A stretch of 64,000 bases of DNA from Acholeplasmataceae bacterium (GTDB lineage: Bacteria; Bacillota_I; Bacilli_A; Acholeplasmatales; Acholeplasmataceae): assembly GCA_963675245.1 (NCBI GenBank), contig OY775910.1, positions 224,001 through 288,000 on the forward strand. The letters run 5' to 3'. Every line of letters begins with the position of its first letter. The stretch's first letter is position 1. This document shows, one piece after another, positions 10,104 through 19,897 of the stretch. Made by a program: the position numbers and the translations under genes. The notes below the pieces were generated by a model. That model was not told the DNA's origin and made no database searches. It was given only the letters and a program-made list of their open reading frames with translations.

Positions 10104-10433
10104 TTACTCGATTTCTTTATTGAGACCCTCTTCAATGATTTCTAAGACGGTTTGCAGCATATCGTTAATCTCTTCTTGTAATGAGAGATATTCAGCCATC
10201 AAAGGAAATTCTTCAATCTCTTTTAAACGTTCATCATAATTTTTTTCAAACTGTTTTATCGCTTCAGTTTTTCCAATATGACGAGCATTGATTAATTGCT
10301 TCTGAATCGCTTTTAATTGACCAATTTGCCTTTTAAGATCTTTAGATGTATTCATTTTTTCTTCTAATGCACGATATCTTTTGACCACTGGATCATGTTC
10401 AATCATCGTGAGTAGTTTTTCAGATTCGGTCAT
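10104..10433 (-). CDS. YlbF/YmcA (RicA-like) family protein
   Basis: 109-aa helical protein directly after miaB (miaB-ymcA order), with patterns V..YRALE, LKAIQKQ and PLMAEYLSLQEEINDMLQ. Confidence 0.75.
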   Translation of the reverse strand: MTESEKLLTMIEHDPVVKRYRALEEKMNTSKDLKRQIGQLKAIQKQLINARHIGKTEAIKQFEKNYDERLKEIEEFPLMAEYLSLQEEINDMLQTVLEIIEEGLNKEIE

Positions 10434-11869
10434 ACTGCTTCACCTAATAGGAACCAGGTTTTAGCTTCAGTTACTTTAACGTCAATAATTTTACCAATTA
10501 AAGACGCATCACCTTTGAAGTTAATAAGTTTATTGTTTTCTGTATAACCTGCGAGTATTGCATCATCGTGTTTTGAAACACCATCTACTAAAACTTTTAC
10601 AACCTGTCCTTCAAAACGCATATTACCTCTAAGATAGCCAGCGTTTATCTTTTCATTTAATTCGTAAAGTCTTTGTTTCTTCACTTCTTCTGGTGTATCA
10701 TCTTCATAGTTTGCTGCTGGAGTCCCTTCTCTTGGTGAGAACACGAATGTAAAAGCACCTTCAAAATCAGCTTGATCAACAAGATCAAGTGTATCTAAAA
10801 AGTCTTCTTCAGTTTCACCCGGAAAACCAACAATGATATCCGTAGTAACAGATATACCAGGTACGGTTTTTTTAAGTTGATTTAATACTTCTAAATATCG
10901 AGCCTTTGTGTAGTGTCTATTCATTTTCTTTAAAATACGTTCACTACCTGATTGCACAGGTAGATGGAAATAAGGCATCACATGTTCACCATCTCTAATA
11001 GCTTCCATCGTTTTTAAATCTAAATCATGAGGATGTGATGTGGTAAAACGAATACGTTCAATACCCGTATCATTTAGTTCTCTTAATAAATCACCGAATG
11101 TATAATCAATGTCTTTAAAGTCTTTCCCATAAGCATTTACGTTTTGTCCAAGTAAAGTAACTTCCAAATAACCTTCTTCAACGAGTTGTTTCACTTCTTC
11201 AATAATATCTTCTTTTCGTCTTGAACGTTCTTTACCTCTTGTGTAAGGCACAATACAATAGGTGCAAAATTCGTCACAACCAAACATGATATTGACCCAT
11301 GCTTTAAATGAGTGGTTTCTCACCTTTGGTAGATTCTCAACGATTTCTCCTTCTTTGGAATACACTTCGATCACACGTTCTTTAGATAACATGGCTGTTT
11401 CAACATACTCAGGAAGCCTGTGAATGTTATGTGTGCCAAAAACAATATCAACGTGTTGATATTTTTTTAAGACACGATTAACGACATTTTCTTCTTGTGC
11501 CATACATCCTGCTAAAGCTAATATTAGATCTGGATTTCTTCTTTTTTGCGCTTTTAAACGACCGAGTTCACCCCAGATTCTATTTTCTGCATTTTCACGA
11601 ATTGCACATGTATTAACGATAATCATATCGCTATCTAATTCACTATCCGCTTTTGTAAATCCCATCATTTCAAGAATACCCGCCATGGTTTCACCATCAG
11701 CTTCGTTCGCTTGACATCCATAGGATTGAATTAAATATGTTCTATTATTCCCTAACGCTTGATATCTAGATGGCAAATTAAATGCAACCTCTTCAATCAT
11801 ATTTTTTGAGCGTTTTCTAGCTTTTTTTAAATCTGGTTTGAAATACTTTTCAACATTTATGTCACTCAT
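10430..11869 (-). CDS. miaB: tRNA-2-methylthio-N6-dimethylallyladenosine synthase
   Basis: SYGCQAN, NTCAIRE, GCMAQ, radical SAM CDEFCTYC, C-terminal TRAM domain. Confidence 0.96.
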   Translation of the reverse strand: MSDINVEKYFKPDLKKARKRSKNMIEEVAFNLPSRYQALGNNRTYLIQSYGCQANEADGETMAGILEMMGFTKADSELDSDMIIVNTCAIRENAENRIWGELGRLKAQKRRNPDLILALAGCMAQEENVVNRVLKKYQHVDIVFGTHNIHRLPEYVETAMLSKERVIEVYSKEGEIVENLPKVRNHSFKAWVNIMFGCDEFCTYCIVPYTRGKERSRRKEDIIEEVKQLVEEGYLEVTLLGQNVNAYGKDFKDIDYTFGDLLRELNDTGIERIRFTTSHPHDLDLKTMEAIRDGEHVMPYFHLPVQSGSERILKKMNRHYTKARYLEVLNQLKKTVPGISVTTDIIVGFPGETEEDFLDTLDLVDQADFEGAFTFVFSPREGTPAANYEDDTPEEVKKQRLYELNEKINAGYLRGNMRFEGQVVKVLVDGVSKHDDAILAGYTENNKLINFKGDASLIGKIIDVKVTEAKTWFLLGEAV

Positions 11870-11915
11870 ATAATCACCTAATGTTATTTTAACTTATGCC
11901 GTCTATGTTATAAAC

Positions 11916-12671
11916 TCATTCGCTTTCTATATGTATACGTTCAATACTTTTTTTATCAAAGTCCATGATGACTGCATTGAGTTGTCTTGGTCCATGTGCC
12001 ACTTTATTCGGTGTACTAAAACCATTTAAGAAACGGTTAATGACAATATCTTTGTCAACACCAATAATCCCATCAAGAGGACCAGTCATGCCTACATCAG
12101 TGATATACAGTGTTCCTTTTGGTAACACTCTATTATCCGCTGTAGGCACATGTGTGTGCGTCCCAACAATAGCTGTCGCTTTTCCATCTAAATAATGTCC
12201 TAAAGCCACTTTTTCACTGGTCGCTTCCGCATGTATATCAATAAGTGTATAGTCAGTAGGGTTCTGTTCTAAAATATACTCAAGACCCGTAAATGGATCA
12301 TCGAGATTCGCATTCATGAATGTTCTACCTAATGCATTGATCACTAGCAATGTTTTACCATTGAAGTTAATTGTTTTATAGCCATAACCTGGCGCACGTC
12401 TATAGTTAAAAGGACGGACAATATTAGCTTCTTCAATGAAGTTAAATAAATCGATATTACCCCATGTCCAATTACCCATCGTTATCATGTGAACACCTGC
12501 CATCATTAATTCTTTGTAGATCTTTTCAGTGATGCCACGGCCTTTCGCTGCATTCTCACCATTGACGATAATGACATTTGGTCGATATTCATTTTTAATT
12601 TCTGGTAAATGCTCTAACAACATTTTTAAACCTGCATCACCATAAATATCACCGACAAATAATACTTTCAT
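11916..12671 (-). CDS. ymdB: YmdB-family metallophosphoesterase
   Basis: GDIYG, NGENAA, HAEATSEK, GTHTHVPTAD, TDVGMTGP; located downstream of rny. Confidence 0.92.
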   Translation of the reverse strand: MKVLFVGDIYGDAGLKMLLEHLPEIKNEYRPNVIIVNGENAAKGRGITEKIYKELMMAGVHMITMGNWTWGNIDLFNFIEEANIVRPFNYRRAPGYGYKTINFNGKTLLVINALGRTFMNANLDDPFTGLEYILEQNPTDYTLIDIHAEATSEKVALGHYLDGKATAIVGTHTHVPTADNRVLPKGTLYITDVGMTGPLDGIIGVDKDIVINRFLNGFSTPNKVAHGPRQLNAVIMDFDKKSIERIHIESE

Positions 12672-12694
12672 GATTATTACCCTTTCTATCAAGC

Positions 12695-12716
12695 AAAAAG
12701 AGGCAGATGCCTCTTA
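12695..12716 (-). terminator. intrinsic terminator after rny
   Basis: AAGAGGCA/TGCCTCTT hairpin plus T-tract. Confidence 0.65.
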
Positions 12717-14282
12717 TTTTGCTACATCAGTTGCTCTTGTCTCACGAATAACTGTTACCTTAATCGTGCCAGGATAAGACATCTTCTCCTCGATTTGTTC
12801 TTTAATTTCACGTGCGACTCTGAAAGCTTGTAAGTCATCGATTTGATCTGGTTTGACAATGACTCTGACTTCACGTCCTGCTTGAATAGCGAACGCTTTA
12901 TCAACACCCTCAACCTCAGTAGAAATCGTTTCTAGTTGTTCTAAACGTTTGACGTAGTTTTCCATTGATTCAGATCTTGCACCTGGTCTAGCAGCAGATA
13001 ATGCATCTGCAGCTGCGACTAAGACAGCAATCACGCTCTTAGGTTCTACATCACCATGGTGGGATGCGATTGCATCAACCACAACATCTGGTTCTTTATA
13101 ACGGTTAACTAATTTAACACCAATTTCAACATGACCACCTTCGACTTCATGGTCAACTGCTTTACCAATATCATGAAGTAATCCAGCACGTCTTGCGAGT
13201 GTTTCATCTTCACCAATTTCAGCTGCTAATTTACCTGCTAAAAAGGCTGTTTCAATTGAATGTTTTAAGACATTTTGTCCATAAGATGTTCTAAAGGACA
13301 AGCGTCCAAGTAACTTAATTAAATCTGGGTGAATCCTTCCGACACCCACTGTAAAGACTGCATCTTCTCCAGCTTCTCTCAAGAATTGATCAACTTCAGA
13401 TCTTGCTTTGTCAACCACTTCTTCAATACGTCCTGGGTGGATTCTGCCATCAGCAACCAATGTGCTTAACGCACGTCTAGCCACTTCTCTTCTAACTGGG
13501 TCAAAACCGCTTAACACGACCGCTTCCGGCGTATCATCGATAATTAAATCGACACCTGTTAGTGCTTCTAAAGTACGAATGTTACGTCCTTCACGTCCGA
13601 TGATTCGTCCTTTCATTTCATCATTTGGAAGATCAACAACGGATACTGTTCTTTCAGTGGTTGTTTCACTTGCGTATTTTTGCATCGCTAAGGATAGAAT
13701 ATCTTTAGATTTGGCTTGCGCTATATTTTTAGCGTTCTCTTCCTCATCTTTGATATACTGAGCGACTTCATCAGCCATCTGATCTTTTACGCGTGCCATG
13801 ATGATGTCTCGTGCTTGGTCTGTGTTAAGACCAGAAATTTCTAAAAGCTTCGTTTCTTGTTCTTTTAAAACTTCTTCCACTTTGCTATTCAATTGTTCGA
13901 GCTGTTCTTTTCTTTCGTCAAGCTTTTCTTCACGTGACGTTAAAGATTGTTCACGTCTATCTAAGTTGACAGAGCGATTGTTAAGATTCTCTTCTCTTTG
14001 AGCGACCTTACTCTCAAGATTTAGGACAACTTGACGTCGTTCACGTAAGTCTGTGTCAAAATCTTTCTTGAGATTAAATATTTCTTGTTTCGCTTCCAGT
14101 ACGCTTTCGCGTTTTGATTTTTCAGCTTCTTTTTTTCCGTCTTCAACAATTTTTTCGGCCATATCTTTAGCAGATTTGATACTCTTGTCGTGCGTGTATA
14201 CACGAACAAAGAATCCAACTAATCCACCGATGATAAGGGCTAGCAAAATGGAGATGATTAATACTAGTGTGTTATCGGGCAT
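12714..14282 (-). CDS. rny: ribonuclease Y
   Basis: N-terminal TM, coiled coil, KH motif [16 protein letters not shown] motif [19 protein letters not shown]. Start at ATG 14282 with a GGAGGT RBS. Confidence 0.98.
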   Translation of the reverse strand: MPDNTLVLIISILLALIIGGLVGFFVRVYTHDKSIKSAKDMAEKIVEDGKKEAEKSKRESVLEAKQEIFNLKKDFDTDLRERRQVVLNLESKVAQREENLNNRSVNLDRREQSLTSREEKLDERKEQLEQLNSKVEEVLKEQETKLLEISGLNTDQARDIIMARVKDQMADEVAQYIKDEEENAKNIAQAKSKDILSLAMQKYASETTTERTVSVVDLPNDEMKGRIIGREGRNIRTLEALTGVDLIIDDTPEAVVLSGFDPVRREVARRALSTLVADGRIHPGRIEEVVDKARSEVDQFLREAGEDAVFTVGVGRIHPDLIKLLGRLSFRTSYGQNVLKHSIETAFLAGKLAAEIGEDETLARRAGLLHDIGKAVDHEVEGGHVEIGVKLVNRYKEPDVVVDAIASHHGDVEPKSVIAVLVAAADALSAARPGARSESMENYVKRLEQLETISTEVEGVDKAFAIQAGREVRVIVKPDQIDDLQAFRVAREIKEQIEEKMSYPGTIKVTVIRETRATDVAK

Positions 14283-14487
14283 GCGATACACCTCCATTTA
14301 TAAAATATTTTTAACAATTCGATTTAAATTGCGTTAATCTATTGCATGGTTTAATTATAACTTATTTTAAGTGTAATAGTCAATTCAAAAACCAAATGAG
14401 AAAGGCATTAAAAAGATTACATTTTTTCACTTTTTTCTTTTACCTCATTTCATGTATAATAGAGTTGATAAATAAAGGAGACAACGT

Positions 14488-15108
14488 ATGAATAAAAACA
14501 AAAAAGAGAAACTTACTTTTTTTAAATGGCTACATAAATATCGTGCTAAAATCGGCTTATTAGCATTTGTCATAGCAATCCCATTGGCTTTAATATTAAT
14601 TACTTATTTAGGCCCATATGTCAGTAATCAAAATGTCCACTTTGATGAAGAAAAAACAGATGTCCAAAGGCGTTTTCAAGCGATTGATGATCTTGATGAA
14701 TTATCATTAACCATTGTTTGGAAAGAGCTTATTGAACCAAGATATGATGGTAATGATCCAGCTGAAATAATCGTACCAGGATCATTTAGATTTGACATTA
14801 GTTATGAAGCAAAAGGTGCTTATAATGTTAGTTCTGTCGCTGTGACACCTGTCTTACATCCTGATTGGTTCTCATATTACTCAATTGGTACTAAGAAGAC
14901 GGTAACAACATCTCCAAGTAACATGACCGTCGTTTGGAATGAAGATTTACCATTGCATAAATTATTATTTGTCACCGTTAATGAACCAAACCTCTACTTA
15001 AAAGTTGAATATAGTTATATCACAGCAGATCAAACAATCAATAAAACTGCTTATGTGATGTACTCGTTAGCAGGTATCAATCCTGAAACAGTTACATCAT
15101 TTTCATAA
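14488..15108 (+). CDS. hypothetical single-pass membrane protein
   Basis: AAGGAG RBS, basic N-terminus, one TM helix (aa ~22-41), beta-rich C-terminal domain. Confidence 0.7.
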   Translation: MNKNKKEKLTFFKWLHKYRAKIGLLAFVIAIPLALILITYLGPYVSNQNVHFDEEKTDVQRRFQAIDDLDELSLTIVWKELIEPRYDGNDPAEIIVPGSFRFDISYEAKGAYNVSSVAVTPVLHPDWFSYYSIGTKKTVTTSPSNMTVVWNEDLPLHKLLFVTVNEPNLYLKVEYSYITADQTINKTAYVMYSLAGINPETVTSFS

Positions 15109-15109
15109 C

Positions 15110-15135
15110 AAAAAGGACTCTGATGAGTCCTTTTG
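15110..15135. terminator. bidirectional intrinsic terminator
   Basis: AAAAGGACTC/GAGTCCTTTT between convergent genes. Confidence 0.8.
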
Positions 15136-15136
15136 T

Positions 15137-15550
15137 TTAGCGTTGAATATATATGAGTTCCCATGGAATACCAAATTCATCAACAAACGCGGTATAACTT
15201 TCTGCATAAAAAGTTTTTCCTGGTTTAGCACTTACTTGGCCACCTACACTTAATAATCTAAATTTGTTTTTTAAATCTTCTACTGACTCACACGTATAAA
15301 GCACTGATACTGATGTACCCCTAAGATATTCATAAGATGCGCCGACATCACTGAAATTTAGTGTGAAACCTGCTATATTCAGTTCTGAATGTAATACATA
15401 ATTTTCTTCTTCTGGTTTTACATTCATACCTGGTCCATCCTTGTAATACATGACATCCATGGTTCTTTGGCCACCAAAAACTTCTTCATATCGTTCCATT
15501 GCAGGTAACGCTTGACCATCTTTAAAGTTTAAATAAATTTCGAAAGCCAT
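15137..15550 (-). CDS. VOC/glyoxalase (PhnB-like) family protein
   Basis: YLNFKDGQ..AMERYEEVFGG, VLHSEL, FVDEFGIPWEL. Confidence 0.85.
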   Translation of the reverse strand: MAFEIYLNFKDGQALPAMERYEEVFGGQRTMDVMYYKDGPGMNVKPEEENYVLHSELNIAGFTLNFSDVGASYEYLRGTSVSVLYTCESVEDLKNKFRLLSVGGQVSAKPGKTFYAESYTAFVDEFGIPWELIYIQR

Positions 15551-15617
15551 ACCTATTCTCCTTTGATTCATTTGGCTACATTTTATGTCAATTTGTGAAA
15601 CAACTCAAATGTAATGC

Positions 15618-15647
15618 AAAAAAGAAGCTCATTAATTGAGCTTCTTC
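15618..15647 (-). terminator. intrinsic terminator after recA
   Basis: AGAAGAAGCTCAAT..TGAGCTTCTT hairpin plus T-tract. Confidence 0.75.
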
Positions 15648-15651
15648 TATA

Positions 15652-16653
15652 TTATTTATCGTATGAAATATGATGATGTTCTAAAACTTTATCATATAAC
15701 ATCTTGTATACATCAGGATGTTCTTCTAAATACTGTTTCGCGTTTTCTCTACCTTGCCCAATTTTTTCGCCTTCATATGCATACCAAGATCCACTCTTTT
15801 GAATGAAATCAAGTTCTGTTGCAAGATCGACAAGTTCACCTGTTTGAGAAATACCTTTACCATAGATAATATCGACTTGAACTGACTTAAATGGAGGTGC
15901 CACTTTATTTTTAACGACTTTGATATTCGCAAGGTTACCAACAATATCAGCACCATTCTTAATCGTTTGACTACGTCTGATTTCAAGTCTAACACTTGAA
16001 TAGAATTTAAGTGCTCTTCCACCAGGTGTCGTTTCTGGATTACCAAACATCACACCAACTTTTTCACGAATTTGGTTAATGAAAATTGCTGTCGTGTTTG
16101 TTTTAGAAATCGCACCAGAAAGTTTACGCATTGCTTGGCTCATCAAACGTGCTTGAAGACCCACATGTGAATCACCCATATCGCCATTAATTTCAGCTTC
16201 AGGTACTAACGCAGCTACTGAGTCAATAACAATACAATCGATTGAACCACTTCTAATCAGTGCTTCAGCAATCTCTAATGCTTGTTCACCCGTGTCTGGT
16301 TGTGATAAAAGAAGGTTATCGATATCGACACCAACTGCTTTTGCATATTGTGGATCAAGCGCATGTTCAGCATCAATAAACGCCACATAACCACCACGTT
16401 TTTGAATTTCTGCAATCGCGTGAAGGGCAAGTGTTGTTTTACCAGAACTTTCAGGTCCATAAATTTCAATAATTCTACCTTTTGGATAACCACCAATGCC
16501 TAACGCGATATCAAGTTGTAATGAGCCTGTTGGGTTCGCAGCGATATGTCTGTCTGCTTCATCACCTAAACGCATGATAGATCCTTTACCGTATTGTTTC
16601 TCAATTTGCTTCATTGCAGTCTCTAGTGCCTGCGAACGTTTATCTTTATCCAT
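15652..16653 (-). CDS. recA: recombinase RecA
   Basis: [47 protein letters not shown]. Confidence 0.99.
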   Translation of the reverse strand: MDKDKRSQALETAMKQIEKQYGKGSIMRLGDEADRHIAANPTGSLQLDIALGIGGYPKGRIIEIYGPESSGKTTLALHAIAEIQKRGGYVAFIDAEHALDPQYAKAVGVDIDNLLLSQPDTGEQALEIAEALIRSGSIDCIVIDSVAALVPEAEINGDMGDSHVGLQARLMSQAMRKLSGAISKTNTTAIFINQIREKVGVMFGNPETTPGGRALKFYSSVRLEIRRSQTIKNGADIVGNLANIKVVKNKVAPPFKSVQVDIIYGKGISQTGELVDLATELDFIQKSGSWYAYEGEKIGQGRENAKQYLEEHPDVYKMLYDKVLEHHHISYDK

Positions 16654-16697
16654 AATTACCTCCACAATATATAATAGTGTTGCTTGACTTAAATTAC

Positions 16698-17276
16698 TTA
16701 CATAGATTTAAAGATTATATGTCTATTTTTTATAAAATAATCGACACCGGAAACAATCGTCATGAGAATAGCGATATAAAATACGATATCTCCAATCCAG
16801 TGTGTTAAACCAAAATCATTAAACAATAAAATGATGAGAGCAACCATCGTTACTGCTGTTTTTATCTTTCCATAAATGGATGCAGCAATCACATCACCTT
16901 TTTCAACTGCCATCAGGCGAATTGTTGTGACGATGAATTCTCTTGTGATGACAATTGCGACTGCCCAAACAGGGACTCTTGATGTCATTGTTACCATCAG
17001 ATAAAGCATCGCTGTGATCACAAGCACTTTATCAGCAATCGGATCTAAAAACTTTCCGAAGGTCGTAATTTGGTTATAACGTCTAGCGATTTGACCATCA
17101 AGAAAATCAGTTAACGTCCCTAAAATAAACAAACACGCAAAAATAAAACCACCTATCGTTAAGTTGAAAAAGCCTATTTCAGCTTTAAGGGGTTCGATGT
17201 AAATGATCACTAACATTATCGGAATCAACACAAAGCGTGAAATCGTCAATTTATTTGCTGTCGTCATCTCTAACAT
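16698..17276 (-). CDS. pgsA: CDP-diacylglycerol--glycerol-3-phosphate 3-phosphatidyltransferase
   Basis: [41 protein letters not shown]. Confidence 0.95.
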   Translation of the reverse strand: MLEMTTANKLTISRFVLIPIMLVIIYIEPLKAEIGFFNLTIGGFIFACLFILGTLTDFLDGQIARRYNQITTFGKFLDPIADKVLVITAMLYLMVTMTSRVPVWAVAIVITREFIVTTIRLMAVEKGDVIAASIYGKIKTAVTMVALIILLFNDFGLTHWIGDIVFYIAILMTIVSGVDYFIKNRHIIFKSM

Positions 17277-17323
17277 CCTATCTTTCTTTTCACTTATATT
17301 TTACCATAAATATGCGTTTATTG

Positions 17324-17352
17324 TTGCAATTTACGGTTTCGTTTGATACAAT
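17324..17352 (+). promoter_or_regulatory. sigma70-type promoter of rpsT
   Basis: TTGCAA, 17-nt spacer, TACAAT with an extended TG. Confidence 0.65.
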
Positions 17353-17380
17353 AGTTGTGCACATGCCAGGAGGTGAAATT

Positions 17381-17644
17381 GTGGCTAATATTAAACAACA
17401 AATTAAACGTAATAAGACAAACGAAAAACGTCGTTTACAGAATGCAGCATTCAAGTCTTCTGTGAAATCAGCAGTGAAGGCTGTTGAAGCAGCTGTGGAA
17501 GCTGGTAACAAAGAACTTGCAGTTGAAAAACTTGCATTCGCGCATAAGAAACTAGACAAAGGTCTTGCGAAAGGTATCTATCACAAGAACTTCGTCGCTA
17601 GACATAAATCACAGTTATCGCTTCTTGTTAACAGTTTAACTTAA
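17381..17644 (+). CDS. rpsT: 30S ribosomal protein S20
   Basis: GTG start after AGGAGGT; ANIKQQIKR..TNEKRRLQN..KS, KGIYHKNFVARHKS. Confidence 0.96.
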   Translation: MANIKQQIKRNKTNEKRRLQNAAFKSSVKSAVKAVEAAVEAGNKELAVEKLAFAHKKLDKGLAKGIYHKNFVARHKSQLSLLVNSLT

Positions 17645-17674
17645 AGAGAGAGCATCTAGGATGCTTTTCTTTTT
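17645..17674 (+). terminator. intrinsic terminator after rpsT
   Basis: AGAGAGCATC/GATGCTTTTCT hairpin plus T-tract. Confidence 0.65.
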
Positions 17675-17731
17675 ATATCAAAGATGATGTTTGGTAGAAT
17701 GAATACACAATATGATTTAAGGTGGTTAAAC

Positions 17732-18223
17732 ATGTCTTATAAACGTATATTATCTTCACTACTATTAGGGATTCTAGTTTTCAGTTTAAGTGGCTGTTTT
17801 GTATCTGTTGATTCATATGCGTTTGATATCTCAGATATTCAACGTATAGATGTTATTGAAATCAATATTGATGATCGCGAAAGTGATACAGTTCTAATCA
17901 GCTTTGAGAACCTTACTGAAGAAGATCAACTCACACAAGATATTTATACATTACTTGAATCTCATACCTATATCACAATGGCAGATTATCAAAGACAACG
18001 ACGATATGTTAGTGTCAATTCTCTTTATCCGAAAATTGTGGTGATCACGACGATTGACCATACGTATACAATGGGATTGGCTAGAATGGCTTATCCTCAT
18101 TTAGACCATGATGATTACGAAGAAAAAGCAGTTATTTTATCAGATGAGCTTGAACCATTACAAGTTATGGGTAATCCGCTATTTACTGACTTACTTGAAT
18201 TATTAGATATCGCATTCGATTAA
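17732..18223 (+). CDS. hypothetical lipoprotein
   Basis: MSYKRILSSLLLGILVFSLSGC signal peptide with LSGC lipobox; AAGGTGG RBS. Confidence 0.7.
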   Translation: MSYKRILSSLLLGILVFSLSGCFVSVDSYAFDISDIQRIDVIEINIDDRESDTVLISFENLTEEDQLTQDIYTLLESHTYITMADYQRQRRYVSVNSLYPKIVVITTIDHTYTMGLARMAYPHLDHDDYEEKAVILSDELEPLQVMGNPLFTDLLELLDIAFD

Positions 18224-18249
18224 AGGCAATCCGAAGATTGCCTTTTTTT
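18222..18249. terminator. bidirectional intrinsic terminator
   Basis: AAAGGCAATC/GATTGCCTTT hairpin between convergent genes. Confidence 0.8.
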
Positions 18250-18910
18250 ATTGAAACTTTTTTTCAATTTCTCTTCTACCACCATATTGGGCAATATATT
18301 GAACATGTGTTAATTTAATACCACTGACACCATATTTTTGATTATAGCCAATCTTATTGACATATAGACTAATATTAGGTTGAATATCATTCATGCGTTT
18401 CAAGACTTCAAGGGTAGCTTTAATATCATCTAACGCCCTATGTGTGTTAGGTTCTTCAATGTGGTATGTAGCTACAGCACTTTCTAACCTATGTGGATAG
18501 CCGTGTCTATCTTTATAAACAGCCATCACATCTAATAAGTCATTTTTAATCCAAAAATTAGGTTGCCAATACTTTCTAAAAAGTGATGTTAAAAACCCAA
18601 TATCAAATTGAATATTATAAGCGACTAATAGTGTTTTTTCATCTTTATATAATTCTAAGAGTTTATGGCATGCCTCTTCTTGTGGTATACCTTCCCTTAA
18701 TAACATCTCATCAGTAATATGCGTGATATCTGTGATTTTAGGTGGTAGTGGGCCATCAGCCATGACAAGCTCTTGCATGTCACCTGTAACAACATATGTA
18801 CCGTTCACTCTTTCTAATACAATCGCACCAATTTCAATAATTTGATCACGCATGGCATTAAGCCCTGTCGTTTCAAAATCAAATAGTAATATTCTATCAT
18901 GTGTAAACAT
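18248..18910 (-). CDS. DEDDh 3'-5' exonuclease (DnaQ-like)
   Basis: ExoI FDFETTG, ExoII AYNIQFD, ExoIII HRALDD. Confidence 0.9.
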   Translation of the reverse strand: MFTHDRILLFDFETTGLNAMRDQIIEIGAIVLERVNGTYVVTGDMQELVMADGPLPPKITDITHITDEMLLREGIPQEEACHKLLELYKDEKTLLVAYNIQFDIGFLTSLFRKYWQPNFWIKNDLLDVMAVYKDRHGYPHRLESAVATYHIEEPNTHRALDDIKATLEVLKRMNDIQPNISLYVNKIGYNQKYGVSGIKLTHVQYIAQYGGRREIEKKFQ

Positions 18911-18914
18911 GAGA

Positions 18915-19862
18915 TCACACTCCTAACAAGTAAAGCTCAACACCGAGCTTTTTATCTATATTACCTGACTTGATATCAAAATCAAGCTGGCCTAATTTTT
19001 GTAAATGAGATTCTAATAAATTCACGTTGACATCTTTCGCATTTTTAACCATATAATATGCTCTACCATTAGAGATGTGAAAGTAACTAGCAATTTCATC
19101 TTGACGCATACCTTTATCAATTAATAGTTTTGCATGCATTAATTCTCTAATCTTATTCACAATGAAATTAAGAATACGTAATGGATCCTCATTTTTCGCA
19201 ATCAAATCATGGTAAATTTCGATAGTCTTTGCTTGATTATTAGATAGTAATGCATTCGTAAGTTCATAAATGTGTTCTTCTAAATTACGACTTACCAGTT
19301 TCATCACATCGATTTCTTTAATCTGCTTTTCATCAATCGTATATAACTCTAGTTTTTCAGCTTCTTGATTTAAAAGTGTGAAGTCATAACTGGTTCTTTC
19401 TAGCAATGCTTCAATGGCAGCATCTGTAATCTGATAACCATCTTTATCAAATATCTCTTTAACAAATCCAGGATATTCTTCTTGTTTTGGAATTTTAATT
19501 TCCTCAATATAGGCATACTTATTGATCGCCTCCCCAATTGGATGGGTTGAAGGAATGTTTTCAGCAAGTTCTAATATTAAAACAACATCCGGATTTGGTT
19601 TTTCGAAGTAAGTCACCCACGCTTTAATAATCGATTGTGGATCATCTAAGATCGCTTCCAAGTGTCTGACGACAATGACCTTTAATTCTGAAAAAAAAGA
19701 AATGGTTTGTAAATCCTCTAAAACATCTTCAGAAGACCCTTCAGATAAATCATAACGCATAAAATTAAAGGGATCAACGCCTAACTTTGCAACACGTTCA
19801 TCGACTGCTTTTCTTAGTAAGTATTCGTTTGTTGATTGAAAGACATAAATTGAATCTGCCAT
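18915..19862 (-). CDS. holA: DNA polymerase III delta subunit
   Basis: DPFNF..YDL, LQTISFFSELKVIVV, NLEEHIYEL, DFDIKSG; comEC-holA-rpsT order is conserved. Confidence 0.9.
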   Translation of the reverse strand: MADSIYVFQSTNEYLLRKAVDERVAKLGVDPFNFMRYDLSEGSSEDVLEDLQTISFFSELKVIVVRHLEAILDDPQSIIKAWVTYFEKPNPDVVLILELAENIPSTHPIGEAINKYAYIEEIKIPKQEEYPGFVKEIFDKDGYQITDAAIEALLERTSYDFTLLNQEAEKLELYTIDEKQIKEIDVMKLVSRNLEEHIYELTNALLSNNQAKTIEIYHDLIAKNEDPLRILNFIVNKIRELMHAKLLIDKGMRQDEIASYFHISNGRAYYMVKNAKDVNVNLLESHLQKLGQLDFDIKSGNIDKKLGVELYLLGV

Positions 19863-19897
19863 CTGTTAACGCTCCATTTCTATATGGTTACATTATA

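Noticed and set aside
16654..16697. Search for a LexA (GAAC-N4-GTTC) box upstream of recA
   Set aside because: No match in the short pgsA-recA spacer.
17237..17380. 48-codon N-terminal extension of S20 in the ORF track
   Set aside because: A strong RBS and GTG at 17381, plus a promoter at 17324-17352, define the normal 87-aa protein.
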